From IMG/VR virus record IMGVR_UViG_3300045988_121434, positions 1 to 64,000 of that record: DNA of 64,000 nucleotides; one strand, 5' to 3'. Shown here piece by piece: positions 16,905 to 27,381 of the stretch (its first letter is position 1; each line of letters begins with the position of its first letter). Made by a program: the position numbers and the translations under genes. Origin of the DNA: a virus. The notes under the pieces are model-generated. The model did not search any database. It worked only from the letters and a program-made list of their open reading frames with translations, and was not told the DNA's origin.

Positions 16905-17565
16905 TATTACTTTTGATTTTGAGACTTGCGCCCTTTGCCCCACGGCTGCCGTGATGAGCATTGGAGCAGTGGCGTGGAACCGTAATGCCGATGGCGATCC
17001 TTTCGGTCAATGGCAGGAAGGCAAGGAGCCGATGTACAAGACTTTTGCCATGCACGTTGACTTGCGCAGCTCATTTCTCGACGGCTTTACTTTCGACAAG
17101 GCCACCTCGGATTGGTGGGCAAAGCAGAATGACGAGGCGAAGCGAGCCGTGCTTGAAAGCGATAATGAGAGTAGTCCGTGCTCGCCTGTGCAATATGTTG
17201 TGAGCAACTTCTTCGATTGGATAATTGACGTTCAGCATGACACGGATTTCGACGATGTGAACCTGTGGAGCCAAGGCACCGATTTTGACGTTGCCATACT
17301 CCGCAACATCTGTGATAAGTACAACATGGAGATACCTGTCAACTACAGGAATTTCCGTGACCATCGTACCTTCTTCATGGAGGGTGCAAGATTGCTTTGC
17401 GACAAATCGGGAGCGGAGTTTGACCCAGAACGTGCATATTTGCTTGTTGACCAATACGAGGGAGCTGGCGAGGCGCATGACCCGATATTCGACTGCAAAA
17501 AAAGTATCTACTCCACATGGCAGATGATGAAACATCTGCGGTGTTTTGGAAACAATAATGAATAA
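16897..17565 (+). CDS. DEDDh 3'-5' exonuclease (DnaQ/Rv2179c-like fold)
   Basis: Exo I FDFET, Exo II WSQGTDFDVAIL, Exo III HDPIFDC. Confidence 0.75.
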   Translation: MIDITFDFETCALCPTAAVMSIGAVAWNRNADGDPFGQWQEGKEPMYKTFAMHVDLRSSFLDGFTFDKATSDWWAKQNDEAKRAVLESDNESSPCSPVQYVVSNFFDWIIDVQHDTDFDDVNLWSQGTDFDVAILRNICDKYNMEIPVNYRNFRDHRTFFMEGARLLCDKSGAEFDPERAYLLVDQYEGAGEAHDPIFDCKKSIYSTWQMMKHLRCFGNNNE

Positions 17566-17571
17566 AAGATT

Positions 17572-17991
17572 ATGCAATATCGTGATTTGTTGGCTTACCC
17601 CTACATCCTTAACCGGCAGGACATCAAAAGGGACGGGCGCACTTCTACTCATAGTTACTTGCATCGTGTAGCCTACACCGAGGCTTTGCGTGGCGACAAC
17701 TACGACGAGCCGTATCTGCTTTTCCATGCTCCGTTTGCTTTGGTAAAAGATGCTTGCCAGTTTATCTTTACTGCGATGAACGGCAAGATAGGCAACATGA
17801 TTATCAGCAACGAGCACTCCTGCCGACGGCGCAACGGAAAGATATACTGGCGCGTGGCGGTGCAAATCATCGGACTTGACGAGTTGTTTATATCGCTCAA
17901 GGAGTTAACGCTGTTACTGATAAGCCGGATGAAGAGGATAGCCAACTGCACCGTGAGGCATTATCGAACAGAAGCATTCCTCAATCTATAA
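17572..17991 (+). CDS. hypothetical protein
   Basis: 139-aa ORF. Confidence 0.5.
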   Translation: MQYRDLLAYPYILNRQDIKRDGRTSTHSYLHRVAYTEALRGDNYDEPYLLFHAPFALVKDACQFIFTAMNGKIGNMIISNEHSCRRRNGKIYWRVAVQIIGLDELFISLKELTLLLISRMKRIANCTVRHYRTEAFLNL

Positions 17992-18286
17992 AGACATAAT
18001 GACCAGTGGCGATGGTGACAACCGCAAGGCTCACACATGGAATAAGCGCGAGGTTCGCAACCACATAAATGATGAAATCCATAAAAAGCTTGAGAACTTT
18101 TTAGCGATCTAAGCGTGAAAGGCGTTGGACATCGACACTTGGTCATTACATAGGCTGGTGAGGGTATCGGCAACGACCCTTCTAAGCGAATAATAGTCCC
18201 TTCAGGTAGAAAAATCCTCGAAAGATGAAAAATCGTGAAGTTTGGCGCACCAGCCTTTCCTTTTAACAAAATAATAAAACAATATA

Positions 18287-21200
18287 ATGCTCTTTCATCC
18301 TATCATAAACCGACTTGCTAACATCGACCTGGCTTACCTTGTTAAGCCAGCCAATGAGCAGCGCATCGAAGGTCAGACAGCCTGTTTCTGCCCCTTCTGT
18401 GAAAAGAGGGGCGCAATGGCTGATGACGCATCGGCTGCGGACGGCAAGAAGAGCGCACAGACACCCCACTTCATCATCTACAACAATGAGCGTGGCGGTC
18501 TGTACAATGGGGTAGGAGTGGATGATAACCGACAGGCGGAGCATGGTGCCGTGCGCTGGATGTGTACCAAGACAGGCAAGCATGGCTACGGCGCGATAGA
18601 GCTGTATGCAGCTATACACAACTTGCCTATGCACGGGCAGAGCCTTTTGCGTATCTGCAAGGCGTTGGTGGTGAAGGTGTATGGAGACAACGAAAAGACA
18701 CGCGAGGTATTCCCGATGTTGTTCGGCAAGATGGATTACCGCACCATTGCACCACAGACGATAGAAACATTCTCTTTCCAACCTAAGACGGATTTTAATC
18801 CGCAGGAGTTAGCTGCACTCGGCTGTGAGGTAACGCTTCAAAAGGGTTTGCCTGTGTTCGGCTTTGGCAAGGATTTTTCCCCGGCTATGCTGAACAACGA
18901 TTTCCGCATATATTCGGTTGAGAGAGTTACGTTGCCAAATGTGATACGCGACGGCAAGCAGGTGAGCGAGATAATCTACGGCACACCGTGGAATCCTCTC
19001 TTCGTGTGCTTTGCCACCGACCAAAAGGGGCCGCAAGGCTCATGCGGATGTTTCTTCCGTCCGGCTATGCAGTCAGACCCGATAGTATTCTCCACTGCCG
19101 AGGAGCACAGCGTGCGCAAGGTGAGCAAGTGGCTGATGGGTGATCCTGTATTCAACTATGCCGTGGAGCACCGCGATAGTTCAACTACCGCCGTTCATGC
19201 TGCCATAGAGAAATTCGACCCAGAGGAACAATACACCAAGGAGAAGGATATTTGGGTAGAGAATGAGACCAAGTCGGGTGAAGGCAAAGGCACTTACCAC
19301 CTGGAACAAGAACCGATAAAGACCTCCGACATCAAGGCTCGGCAGGTTGTATTTTGCCGAACACCCGAAGATGCACTAAGCGTGTATTATGCCATGCGTT
19401 CCCTGCGCTTGGAAAGACCCACCGACCAGCACTTTCAGAAATATTGTTGGTATCATGTGGCATTCTCTATTGGGCGCAGAAATTTCTGGTATATCGAACG
19501 CGGAAAATGGGAATTGGAAAAGATAGATTTTAAAGCTGTTCAATATCAGAAAATGACCCGCTTTGCCGAGCGTATCGTGTTGCTATATCCTAACGATATA
19601 GCCTCACAACGCACCTGTGGACTGATAGCCATCAAGTATAGCGATATGTGTTATGCCATGCTGCCCGACGCTTTCCATTCTCATTACAACCAACGCTGGA
19701 CCTGGATATATGGGTGTTCACCAAGAAGTGTGCGCGACTACATGATTACTTTCCGTATGACCGATGAGGAGAATTTCCGTTTTGACCATGACATCCGCCT
19801 ACCGCTTTATTCTCGTCTGCGCTCGGCACAAAATACCGACCCGTTTGAGATAGAATATCCGCGTGATCCTCGCAGTGGAAAACCGAAACCGCCAACGTGT
19901 AAGGTATCGCCCACAAAGGTATGGCTTTATATGAGTTGCTTGGGATATTACCGACTGTTGGAGCCTTACGGCACAGACTTGATGGGACAGTATTTTCATC
20001 TTGACCGCTGCTTTGTGGAGTACATCAAACGCACCGATGTGATACAGGCAGTGAAGACAAAGCTCTTTGATTTTATAGAAAACTGCTGGCGACACAGCGA
20101 TAACGAGCGTAAGCTCATGTCGGATTGTGCTAACCTCGTGGATAAGACCTTCACCAAGGACAGCGCAGGAGGTTTGCAATCGATGGTAGTGGACTTCACT
20201 GAGGGCTTCGACGCAAACAATGAATACTTCTTCTTCAACAATGTGGCTTTGCGGATTACGCCTACGAGTATAACTACGGTTGATTACAACAAGATAACAT
20301 TCTTTGTCCCCGTTCTTGCCCGCAAGCCATACGATTTTCACATGCCTACCGATAAGCCGTTTTCCATTATGGAGAATGAGGAATATCAGAAACGAATAGC
20401 GGACATCAATGCAAAGGAGAATATGTGTAACGAGGATGGTTCGCCCGTGTTCGACATGACTGAAATCCAGCAGATGAAAGCCGACCTGCAAGAATGGTCG
20501 CAGACATACCGATGGAAGGTAGACTGGCTTGGCAAGAAAGAACGCAAGTTGTGGCCTATCGTGCGCTTCATCCGTGGCTGTTCTAATGTGTTGTGGCAAG
20601 CCGAGATGGATGCTAATCGTGCAAGAAAGGAATTGTCCGAGGATGATAAGTTTGTCATAAACGCCCATTTTGCCAATATGCTGTCGTGCATAGGTCGTTT
20701 GTGTTATCGTTCATGGAATGGTATGCAGCCTATCTGCCCTTACCTCCTTGAGGATGATATTCCTGACGAGAAACAAGCTACTGGAGGGTCCGGCAAGTCG
20801 ATGATTGTAAAAATGGTGGTCGGGTCTGCCGTGAATGTCTACGACATAGACATGAAGGATGCCGAGAAGGTAGCTGACCTCAAATTCTCCTTGGCCTTTC
20901 TTGATGAAGAACCTGGCAAATATCGGGTTATTCATTATGAGGATAAGTCGAAGGGATTTTCAATGAAGTACTTTTATAATAAAGTAACATCAGGAGTCAC
21001 ATCGGAGCGCAAGGGTGTGGATGCAACAAGACTGTCGCTTGAGGAGTCGCCTAAGTTGGTTATCACTTCCAACTATCCATTGTCGGATGATGATGACTCA
21101 ACCATCGGCCGTTTTCCTTTAGTGTCGTTCTCCGATCGCTTCTGTCGCGCCAACGCACAAAAGCGAAAGTTGGAGCGGTCGCCCAAGGATGTGATGAAGG

Positions 21201-21970
21201 ATATTGACAGCATACCCGAAAACCTTACCGACACCGATCGTAACCAGACGATATATGTTTGCGCCCTGGCGGTGCAGTTTATGATGCGCTATCATACGTT
21301 TGCGCTGGCACCCCAAAAGAATGTGCGTCGCCGTCAGATGGTACAGAAACTCACTGAAGCTATCGTGCGTTACTTTGAGTGGTTCTTCTCTCGTGATGAA
21401 GTGTATGCCGCTCCGATATGCACCGATGATATGTTCAACGAGTTCATGCGCGACTGGGCTGATGCCTCTGAGGGCAAGAGCAAGGAGTACAGCCGTGCTA
21501 CCTTCAAGAAGAAGATATACGACTACTGCGAAAATATGGGAATTGCCTGCAATCCGCCGCACCTGTTTCAGAACGACCGCGACAAGCAGCGCAAGTGCTT
21601 TAAACTCCAGGCATGGGTTACGCAGGAATACTTTGTGGGCCGTGAATGGGAGAACGACAACACCATTGAGCCGAAATATATACGCTATATGCAGACCTCC
21701 TGCCATGTGTTCTTCTTCTTCCGTCCCGGCAAGGACGAGATACCGAAGGACTATAAGGAGCTGAAGAGACTTGCACGTGAGTATGCCGAGCGTCCCGACC
21801 CATTGCCATACCGTGATGATGACGGAAACATCGTAACGCTTACCGACGAGGAGAAGGAACGGTGGGAGAATAACAAGACGCGCAAGCAGGGTAGGCGAAT
21901 GGTAGCACTTGGGGCAACCACGGCGACTACGGCTGTGCCGGATATAAAAGAAGAGAACATGCCGTTCTAA
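18287..21970 (+). CDS. primase/helicase fusion (DnaG-type zinc finger N-terminus, P4/D5-type SF3 P-loop C-terminal part)
   Basis: CFCPFCEKRG..TPHFIIY..WMCTKTGKHGYGAIELY resembles zf-CHC2; Walker A QATGGSGKSMIV; 1227 aa. Confidence 0.7.
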   Translation: MLFHPIINRLANIDLAYLVKPANEQRIEGQTACFCPFCEKRGAMADDASAADGKKSAQTPHFIIYNNERGGLYNGVGVDDNRQAEHGAVRWMCTKTGKHGYGAIELYAAIHNLPMHGQSLLRICKALVVKVYGDNEKTREVFPMLFGKMDYRTIAPQTIETFSFQPKTDFNPQELAALGCEVTLQKGLPVFGFGKDFSPAMLNNDFRIYSVERVTLPNVIRDGKQVSEIIYGTPWNPLFVCFATDQKGPQGSCGCFFRPAMQSDPIVFSTAEEHSVRKVSKWLMGDPVFNYAVEHRDSSTTAVHAAIEKFDPEEQYTKEKDIWVENETKSGEGKGTYHLEQEPIKTSDIKARQVVFCRTPEDALSVYYAMRSLRLERPTDQHFQKYCWYHVAFSIGRRNFWYIERGKWELEKIDFKAVQYQKMTRFAERIVLLYPNDIASQRTCGLIAIKYSDMCYAMLPDAFHSHYNQRWTWIYGCSPRSVRDYMITFRMTDEENFRFDHDIRLPLYSRLRSAQNTDPFEIEYPRDPRSGKPKPPTCKVSPTKVWLYMSCLGYYRLLEPYGTDLMGQYFHLDRCFVEYIKRTDVIQAVKTKLFDFIENCWRHSDNERKLMSDCANLVDKTFTKDSAGGLQSMVVDFTEGFDANNEYFFFNNVALRITPTSITTVDYNKITFFVPVLARKPYDFHMPTDKPFSIMENEEYQKRIADINAKENMCNEDGSPVFDMTEIQQMKADLQEWSQTYRWKVDWLGKKERKLWPIVRFIRGCSNVLWQAEMDANRARKELSEDDKFVINAHFANMLSCIGRLCYRSWNGMQPICPYLLEDDIPDEKQATGGSGKSMIVKMVVGSAVNVYDIDMKDAEKVADLKFSLAFLDEEPGKYRVIHYEDKSKGFSMKYFYNKVTSGVTSERKGVDATRLSLEESPKLVITSNYPLSDDDDSTIGRFPLVSFSDRFCRANAQKRKLERSPKDVMKDIDSIPENLTDTDRNQTIYVCALAVQFMMRYHTFALAPQKNVRRRQMVQKLTEAIVRYFEWFFSRDEVYAAPICTDDMFNEFMRDWADASEGKSKEYSRATFKKKIYDYCENMGIACNPPHLFQNDRDKQRKCFKLQAWVTQEYFVGREWENDNTIEPKYIRYMQTSCHVFFFFRPGKDEIPKDYKELKRLAREYAERPDPLPYRDDDGNIVTLTDEEKERWENNKTRKQGRRMVALGATTATTAVPDIKEENMPF

Positions 21971-22012
21971 AGTAAATTCAGAATGTTACAACATTTTTAA
22001 ATCATATAGATT

Positions 22013-22855
22013 ATGGAAAAGATAATAATGCGTAAGGATTACACTACAAGAGTAGTGCCAGTAGAAGAATCTATTGGTCATTATTTGGCAAAAAGAGCAG
22101 TCCGTACATGGGCTGAAGACTTCATTGACGAGGACACAAAGGAAACGGTAACAATTGACCGTTGTGAGGTATTGCTGGAGCGAGGAAAACTCATCACCTA
22201 CGAGTTGGCTAACGGACTGAAAGAGGATGGCGTTAATGAGGTTGAAATCTCCGACTGTCCTTTCCGTGCGAAAGAGCAAACAGACTTTAATTCTCTCGCT
22301 CACGTGAAAGTGACTGTTCGTAGTAGCAATAACGAGAAAGCTGTGCTTATTGTACGTAGCGACTCTCTGCGTGGAGCACAAGATTGCGCTATTGACTATG
22401 CGGAGGGAGCTGTAAATAAAATCTTCAGTACTCCCGAAGCCAGTTATGTGTATATCACCAAGTCAGAGATAATTGGAAAATTCCATTTTGTCGGTCGTAC
22501 CAATGCCGACATTGAGGAGGAAGAAGAACAGCTGGAAAAAGACCCTGATGCGCTCGTAAAAGAGCCGTTTAAGGTAAAGGCCAACTTTATAGATACAGAT
22601 GTCTACGACCCAGAAGACCGTTCTCAGTATGGAGTACATAAGAACGAGTTGTTCGTTGTATGGGCTTACGACGTAGTGACAGCAAAGAATATCGTATTCG
22701 ATTATCTCAAGCATAAGTTCCATACCGTATATAACGACCGCGAGACTTTGCGTATTGTGGGAGCTACGCAGTTCTATGCACATACCTATGTCCCTGCTGA
22801 GTACTGCAATGAGTATATCAAGCAGGATAATTTGAAGTTGGCGGTGGAGGAGTAA
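22013..22855 (+). CDS. hypothetical protein
   Basis: 280-aa ORF, CATATAGATT-ATG context. Confidence 0.6.
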   Translation: MEKIIMRKDYTTRVVPVEESIGHYLAKRAVRTWAEDFIDEDTKETVTIDRCEVLLERGKLITYELANGLKEDGVNEVEISDCPFRAKEQTDFNSLAHVKVTVRSSNNEKAVLIVRSDSLRGAQDCAIDYAEGAVNKIFSTPEASYVYITKSEIIGKFHFVGRTNADIEEEEEQLEKDPDALVKEPFKVKANFIDTDVYDPEDRSQYGVHKNELFVVWAYDVVTAKNIVFDYLKHKFHTVYNDRETLRIVGATQFYAHTYVPAEYCNEYIKQDNLKLAVEE

Positions 22856-22859
22856 GCGT

Positions 22860-23093
22860 ATGCGAACATTCACCCCCCCTAAGTGCGAAAACTGCATTTC
22901 TTACGACCACATAAAATGTAGTTGCAGGGAGCAGAGTTCCCCGCTGTTCGGCGGCAACATCAGTCCGCTGCACCTCGCTTGCAGCAGCTTTATCGGGCTT
23001 TCAAAGGTGTATGCGCCGAAGAACCGTGTGAAGAAATGGTACAAGGTGCGCACGATGGACGATATGAGCGATAGCAGGGCGAGATTGTATTAA
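22860..23093 (+). CDS. Cys-rich small protein with a C7 tract at codons 5-7
   Basis: MRTFTPPKCENCISYDHIKCSC..; C7 at 22873-22879. Confidence 0.45.
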   Translation: MRTFTPPKCENCISYDHIKCSCREQSSPLFGGNISPLHLACSSFIGLSKVYAPKNRVKKWYKVRTMDDMSDSRARLY

Positions 23094-23138
23094 ACGGTAA
23101 ACATAAATAACAAACAAAAACAATAAACAATAAACAAA

Positions 23139-23747
23139 ATGGCAAGTTACAACGGCAACATCGACCTACTATCTCTAAACGGTGCGCAGGTGTTCAAGGG
23201 TATTGATAAGAACAATCCCGATCGAGTGTACGTCTGCATTCCGGCAGACTTGAACGAAATAAAAGTGGTGCAACATCCGCAGAAACCCGACCGCACATTG
23301 GCTAAGATGCGTGTGAACATCTGGCCTCTGAACGAGAACTACAAAAACACAGTGCGTCGTTCGGCAATGGAGCGTGGTGACACATACGTTACTGTTCCAA
23401 CACACGAAATGCAGATGTCCTTCTCTGTAGATTTCGTCAAGGTAGTGGTAAAGAATTACCCTAAGCTCGTTGAGCAGGTGAAGGAGGCAAACAAGGATCG
23501 TGACCCCGACATCGTAAACCAAGACCCTACCGACGAGAATACCCACCTCTTTAAGGCTATCCGTCTGCGTCTGAACAAGCGTCTGGCTATGCTCTATCAA
23601 CCGCAGCCCACACAGCAGCCTTCACCTTACGCTACACCGAATGTAGGCGTGGCAGGCGCAGCCACTGGCTATGTGGCACCGGCAGAAGCAAGCGGCGTAG
23701 ACCTCGGCGGTTATAATCCGGCTGAAGACGAGGATTTGCCGTTCTAA
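23139..23747 (+). CDS. ssb: single-stranded DNA-binding protein (non-canonical)
   Basis: Pro/Gln/Gly-rich linker and an acidic C-terminal tip AEDEDLPF, as in the SSB D-D-D-I-P-F tail; sits next to the clamp gene. Confidence 0.65.
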   Translation: MASYNGNIDLLSLNGAQVFKGIDKNNPDRVYVCIPADLNEIKVVQHPQKPDRTLAKMRVNIWPLNENYKNTVRRSAMERGDTYVTVPTHEMQMSFSVDFVKVVVKNYPKLVEQVKEANKDRDPDIVNQDPTDENTHLFKAIRLRLNKRLAMLYQPQPTQQPSPYATPNVGVAGAATGYVAPAEASGVDLGGYNPAEDEDLPF

Positions 23748-23937
23748 GAGTTTTGATTTTTGAGTTTTGAGTTTTGAATTGTCGCCTTTGGCGATTAGGA
23801 ATTGTTCAATGTTGATTTGAGAATTGTTAATTCAAGACTCAAAAACTCAAAATTGCCAATGGCAATAATTCAAAACTCAAAAATGAATAACTCAAAATCG
23901 GCGAAGCCGAAAATTCAAAACTTAAAATTCAAAACTC
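23748..23937. repeat. palindromic repeat field between ssb and dnaN
   Basis: GAGTTTTGA three times (23748-77) faces five or more ACTCAAAA copies (23837-23936). Three internal hairpins: GTCGCCTTTGGCGAT (23781), ATTGCCAATGGCAAT (23852), TCGGCGAAGCCGA (23898). Confidence 0.8.
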
Positions 23938-25122
23938 ATGAAGTTACAAGCTCAATCATCCCGCGCCCTCCACTCTGCCCTCAACAAGTCGGTCAAGTGT
24001 ATCGCCTCGAAGAATACGATGGCTATACTCGACAATGTATTGTTGTCGCAAAATGCGGAAGGCAAGTTCTTTTTCACTTCCGCTACTACCGACTCGCAGC
24101 TCACCATTCCTGCACCTCTCAGTGTAGTGGAGGGCAAGTTTGACAAGCCGATAGCCCTGCCTGTGCAGACCATTTCAAAGTTCCTATCCACACTTCCCGA
24201 CTGCACCATTACCTTCGACTTCATCGACGACAAGAATGTGTCCTTGGAGTATTGCACCACGATAGGCGATAAGACCAAGAGCGGCAAGGTATCGATGGTG
24301 TATTTCAAAGGTGAGGATTTCCCGAAGATGGCAAAGCCTACGGTGGATACCCTGCACATATCCCTGCCCGGCTCACTGTTCATCAACGCCATTGAACAGG
24401 CACGCAATTTCTGCGCCACCGACGAGCTGCGCCCAGTGATGAGCGCAATATGCATCGATGTGGTGGAAGACCTATCCGAGGTTATCTTTGTGGCCACTAC
24501 CGGCCATATCCTCTACAAGCAGGTAGTCTCCAACGACCCGGCAAGAGGTGGTTGCGATTTCTACCGTGGCGGCACATGGGGCAAGGTGCTCCTTCACGTG
24601 TCGTATTTCCGTACCGTTGCTGTGCTTGCCGGACTGGAGCAGGTTGATGTTGAGAGCGACGGCCACATTATCCGCATATCGTCGGGCGACACCGAGTTTA
24701 TGTGCAAGGCATTGGAAGGTCGTTATCCCAACTACAACTCAGTTATCCCCCGCAACAACCCATACGCAATATGCTTCGACAAGAAAGAAATGCTTTCGGT
24801 CATCAAGCGCGTGGCGATGTTCAGTAGTGAGAGCAGTAACCTTGTCGAACTGAAGAAAGACGGAATGTTCCTGCGCGTGTCTGCCCAGGACATTGACTTC
24901 GGACTGAGTGCCGACGACCAGGTAATCATTACCGATGCTAATCTGCCCGAGAATTTCCGTATCGGTTTCAAGGCTTCGGCTATGATAAACTCCATCAACG
25001 CCATTGAGGGCGACAACATTCGCATGACGCTTGCCGATCCGTCTCGCGCCGGAGTGATAACCGCTGACGAGCCTTCGCCAAGCATTTTGACATTGCTCGC
25101 ACCGATGTCGTTTAACGATTAA
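23938..25122 (+). CDS. dnaN: DNA polymerase III beta-subunit-like sliding clamp
   Basis: 394 aa with the typical N-terminus ..KNTMAILDNVLLSQNAEGKFFFTSATTDSQLTI.. and three-domain length. Confidence 0.8.
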   Translation: MKLQAQSSRALHSALNKSVKCIASKNTMAILDNVLLSQNAEGKFFFTSATTDSQLTIPAPLSVVEGKFDKPIALPVQTISKFLSTLPDCTITFDFIDDKNVSLEYCTTIGDKTKSGKVSMVYFKGEDFPKMAKPTVDTLHISLPGSLFINAIEQARNFCATDELRPVMSAICIDVVEDLSEVIFVATTGHILYKQVVSNDPARGGCDFYRGGTWGKVLLHVSYFRTVAVLAGLEQVDVESDGHIIRISSGDTEFMCKALEGRYPNYNSVIPRNNPYAICFDKKEMLSVIKRVAMFSSESSNLVELKKDGMFLRVSAQDIDFGLSADDQVIITDANLPENFRIGFKASAMINSINAIEGDNIRMTLADPSRAGVITADEPSPSILTLLAPMSFND

Positions 25123-25145
25123 TCTAAATAGAAAGGAAACAATAC

Positions 25146-25829
25146 ATGGATGACACTCTGCTTTTTATTCCGCCTTGTTGTGTAGACAAAAAACTGCCCA
25201 AGGCCATCTTGCAGGCACCATCAAGGGTGTTGAATTTCTATACTCACGGCGACGTGACGATGGAGAAGTTCTATCGTGCCGTGAGTTTCCTTGTCGTCGA
25301 CCCTCATGTCATGGTTCTCGCCATGCCTAACTTGAAAGTCGGCACGATGGCATTTCTCTGCCAGTGCTTTGAGCGTGGCTGGATTTCCCACCTCGTGCTT
25401 TCTTCTTGTGTGGATTGCGGGGCTTTGCTTGAACGGTATCTTCCCAATTATCTCAATCGTGTTCTGTTTGTCCAATCAGAGGATGTCTCGGATGTTAATT
25501 CTCACATGGTGCTCTACAACGACAGCAAGGCGTTGATGATAAGTGGTCCAATGCTTGATCGCCCATGTGGAGAATTGACCAGTTATGTGATGACGTTCTA
25601 CCCTCGTTACGTGTCCTTTACCGATGAGAACGACTGGGGGCACCCTTTGCGCAACATACTATTCCCTGATGTGCTCAGGCATCGTCAGCAGGCATTAAAG
25701 AAAAAAAATAAACTGCATTCGGCAACCCTTGATCATTTCCTTCACATGGAGTTTCCACCTTACGCTGGAGTGGGAGACGAGGAGAAAAACAAGGACTATT
25801 ACAATTTCTCGAATCTAAGCATTAGGTAA
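25146..25829 (+). CDS. hypothetical protein
   Basis: 227-aa ORF. Confidence 0.55.
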   Translation: MDDTLLFIPPCCVDKKLPKAILQAPSRVLNFYTHGDVTMEKFYRAVSFLVVDPHVMVLAMPNLKVGTMAFLCQCFERGWISHLVLSSCVDCGALLERYLPNYLNRVLFVQSEDVSDVNSHMVLYNDSKALMISGPMLDRPCGELTSYVMTFYPRYVSFTDENDWGHPLRNILFPDVLRHRQQALKKKNKLHSATLDHFLHMEFPPYAGVGDEEKNKDYYNFSNLSIR

Positions 25830-26146
25830 TGGAAGACAGGAGATACAGGCAGAGCTATACGAGTTTGCGCGCCTTTTGCGAGAAGTGGCAGTGGATAGAC
25901 CCTCGCACTGGCCAGCAGGTAACTGGTTATGTGCATCCGCAGACGGCACGCAAGGTGGAGCGGGCACCGTTCTACATCAAGTTTCTCACCAAGACCGGGC
26001 ATATCGACGAGGGCCGTTGCGTCTGCCTCTCGGTGGACACGGACAGACATCAACGAAAGGTGCAGTTTGTGGCGAGCGGTGAGATTCGGGTAGTGAACGA
26101 CATACTGGTGTTGGAGGTGGATGGCACAAGGTTTATAACACACTAA
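25829..26146 (+). CDS. hypothetical protein
   Basis: 105-aa ORF abutting the previous stop. Confidence 0.5.
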   Translation: MEDRRYRQSYTSLRAFCEKWQWIDPRTGQQVTGYVHPQTARKVERAPFYIKFLTKTGHIDEGRCVCLSVDTDRHQRKVQFVASGEIRVVNDILVLEVDGTRFITH

Positions 26147-26159
26147 AAAACAGAAAACT

Positions 26160-26714
26160 ATGTGGAAGATTTTTAAGAAAAAAAAGAATAAGCAGTTGAA
26201 GGAACTGAACCAGTTGACTACGGCTTTCGCTATCATCAACGAGTTCAACCGCTGCGGCTTGGTCCACTGGCAGACGAAAGACAAGATACTGCTGATAGAG
26301 GAGTCGCTTGCTGTGGTGCAGTTGGCTCAGGGGGAGGAAGGCTTCCGCAATTTCCTCGACCATGCCGCACAGTGGCAGAACTACCAGTTCATCCGCGACG
26401 CCTATGAAGCCAAGCGCATTGACATTGAGACGAAAGCCGTGCGTGAGGCACAAAAGCAGGTGGGTAACCTTACCAAGACCGACATCCTGCGCATCCGTCA
26501 GAACGCACGCGCAAAGATGGAGGTGATACCGCCCGAAAAGTTGGACATGATACGCGAGTTTGATATTATGGTGATACGTGCCAACGCCATATCCCCACAG
26601 ACCGCCAAGGAGGAGAACGGTCAACTTCTTGCCCTTGGACATTACGATGGCAGCAAAGTGGAGATGGCGATGTACGATGACATCAAGCATAACTTACACA
26701 ATGAGGAGGAGTAA
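26160..26714 (+). CDS. hypothetical protein
   Basis: 184-aa ORF. Confidence 0.55.
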   Translation: MWKIFKKKKNKQLKELNQLTTAFAIINEFNRCGLVHWQTKDKILLIEESLAVVQLAQGEEGFRNFLDHAAQWQNYQFIRDAYEAKRIDIETKAVREAQKQVGNLTKTDILRIRQNARAKMEVIPPEKLDMIREFDIMVIRANAISPQTAKEENGQLLALGHYDGSKVEMAMYDDIKHNLHNEEE

Positions 26715-26774
26715 AGCCGATGAATATATTTTTCAGCATACTTGCCGCAGCATCAAAAACAACAACCTGAGATA

Positions 26775-26900
26775 ATGAACATCAAGATAATCAAAGAGAG
26801 TGCCGATCTCTATCACCTCTACATCAAGGACAAAGACATTTGGCTTTCTCGGATGGGCATGATAGAACTGAGGCGCAACATAAATGAGGAACGATTATGA
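26775..26900 (+). CDS. small hypothetical protein (41 aa)
   Basis: MNIKIIKESADLYHLYIKDKDIWLSRMGMIELRRNINEERL; ATGA overlap with the next ORF. Confidence 0.35.
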   Translation: MNIKIIKESADLYHLYIKDKDIWLSRMGMIELRRNINEERL

Positions 26901-27139
26901 AACGATTGAAGAACTGGTTCATTCATAAACTTGGAGGGCTTACGGTTTCCGAGGGAATGAAGCGTGAGCATCTTGCTTATGAGCAAGGGTCTTATACTGC
27001 ATATATTTGTATGAGATGTACTGCCGAAAGAATGTATGGATTGTCGGCTGAAGAATGGTGCAAAAATATGTACGAGATGCTTGATTCTTCTATAAAGAAT
27101 ATTGAATACAGACAGGAACTTAATTCCGAAAACAAGTAA
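26897..27139 (+). CDS. hypothetical protein
   Basis: 80-aa ORF. Confidence 0.5.
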   Translation: MKRLKNWFIHKLGGLTVSEGMKREHLAYEQGSYTAYICMRCTAERMYGLSAEEWCKNMYEMLDSSIKNIEYRQELNSENK

Positions 27140-27142
27140 TTT

Positions 27143-27253
27143 ATGAACGCTAAAGAGAAACGCCAGGAGGAGCAAGAACTTCAAAAGGCCGTACCTGTGC
27201 TCCGCGCCACGCTCCGCGTCTTGATAAACTCCTACCTCCCCTGCCGCAGATAG
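27143..27253 (+). pseudogene. truncated duplicate of the 5' end of gene 28092-28322
   Basis: MNAKEKRQEEQELQKAVPVLRATLR.. matches MNAKEKRQEEQELQKAVSVLRATLR.. of the downstream gene; about 74 nt of DNA identity with a few mismatches. Confidence 0.5.
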
Positions 27254-27381
27254 CCGAGGTGTTCCCTGAATACGCTTACGAGCAAGTCTACGGTACCGTC
27301 CTTGTAGACAAGGAACTCCCCCCCCCCTACCGCAAGCACGGACAGAAGAAAGTCAAGAAGAAAAAAATAAATACATCAATT

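Noticed and set aside
23802-24143. Track ORF 23802-24143 spanning the ssb-dnaN spacer
   Set aside because: It reads through the palindromic repeat field (low-complexity KNSK repeats) and overlaps the dnaN start out of frame.
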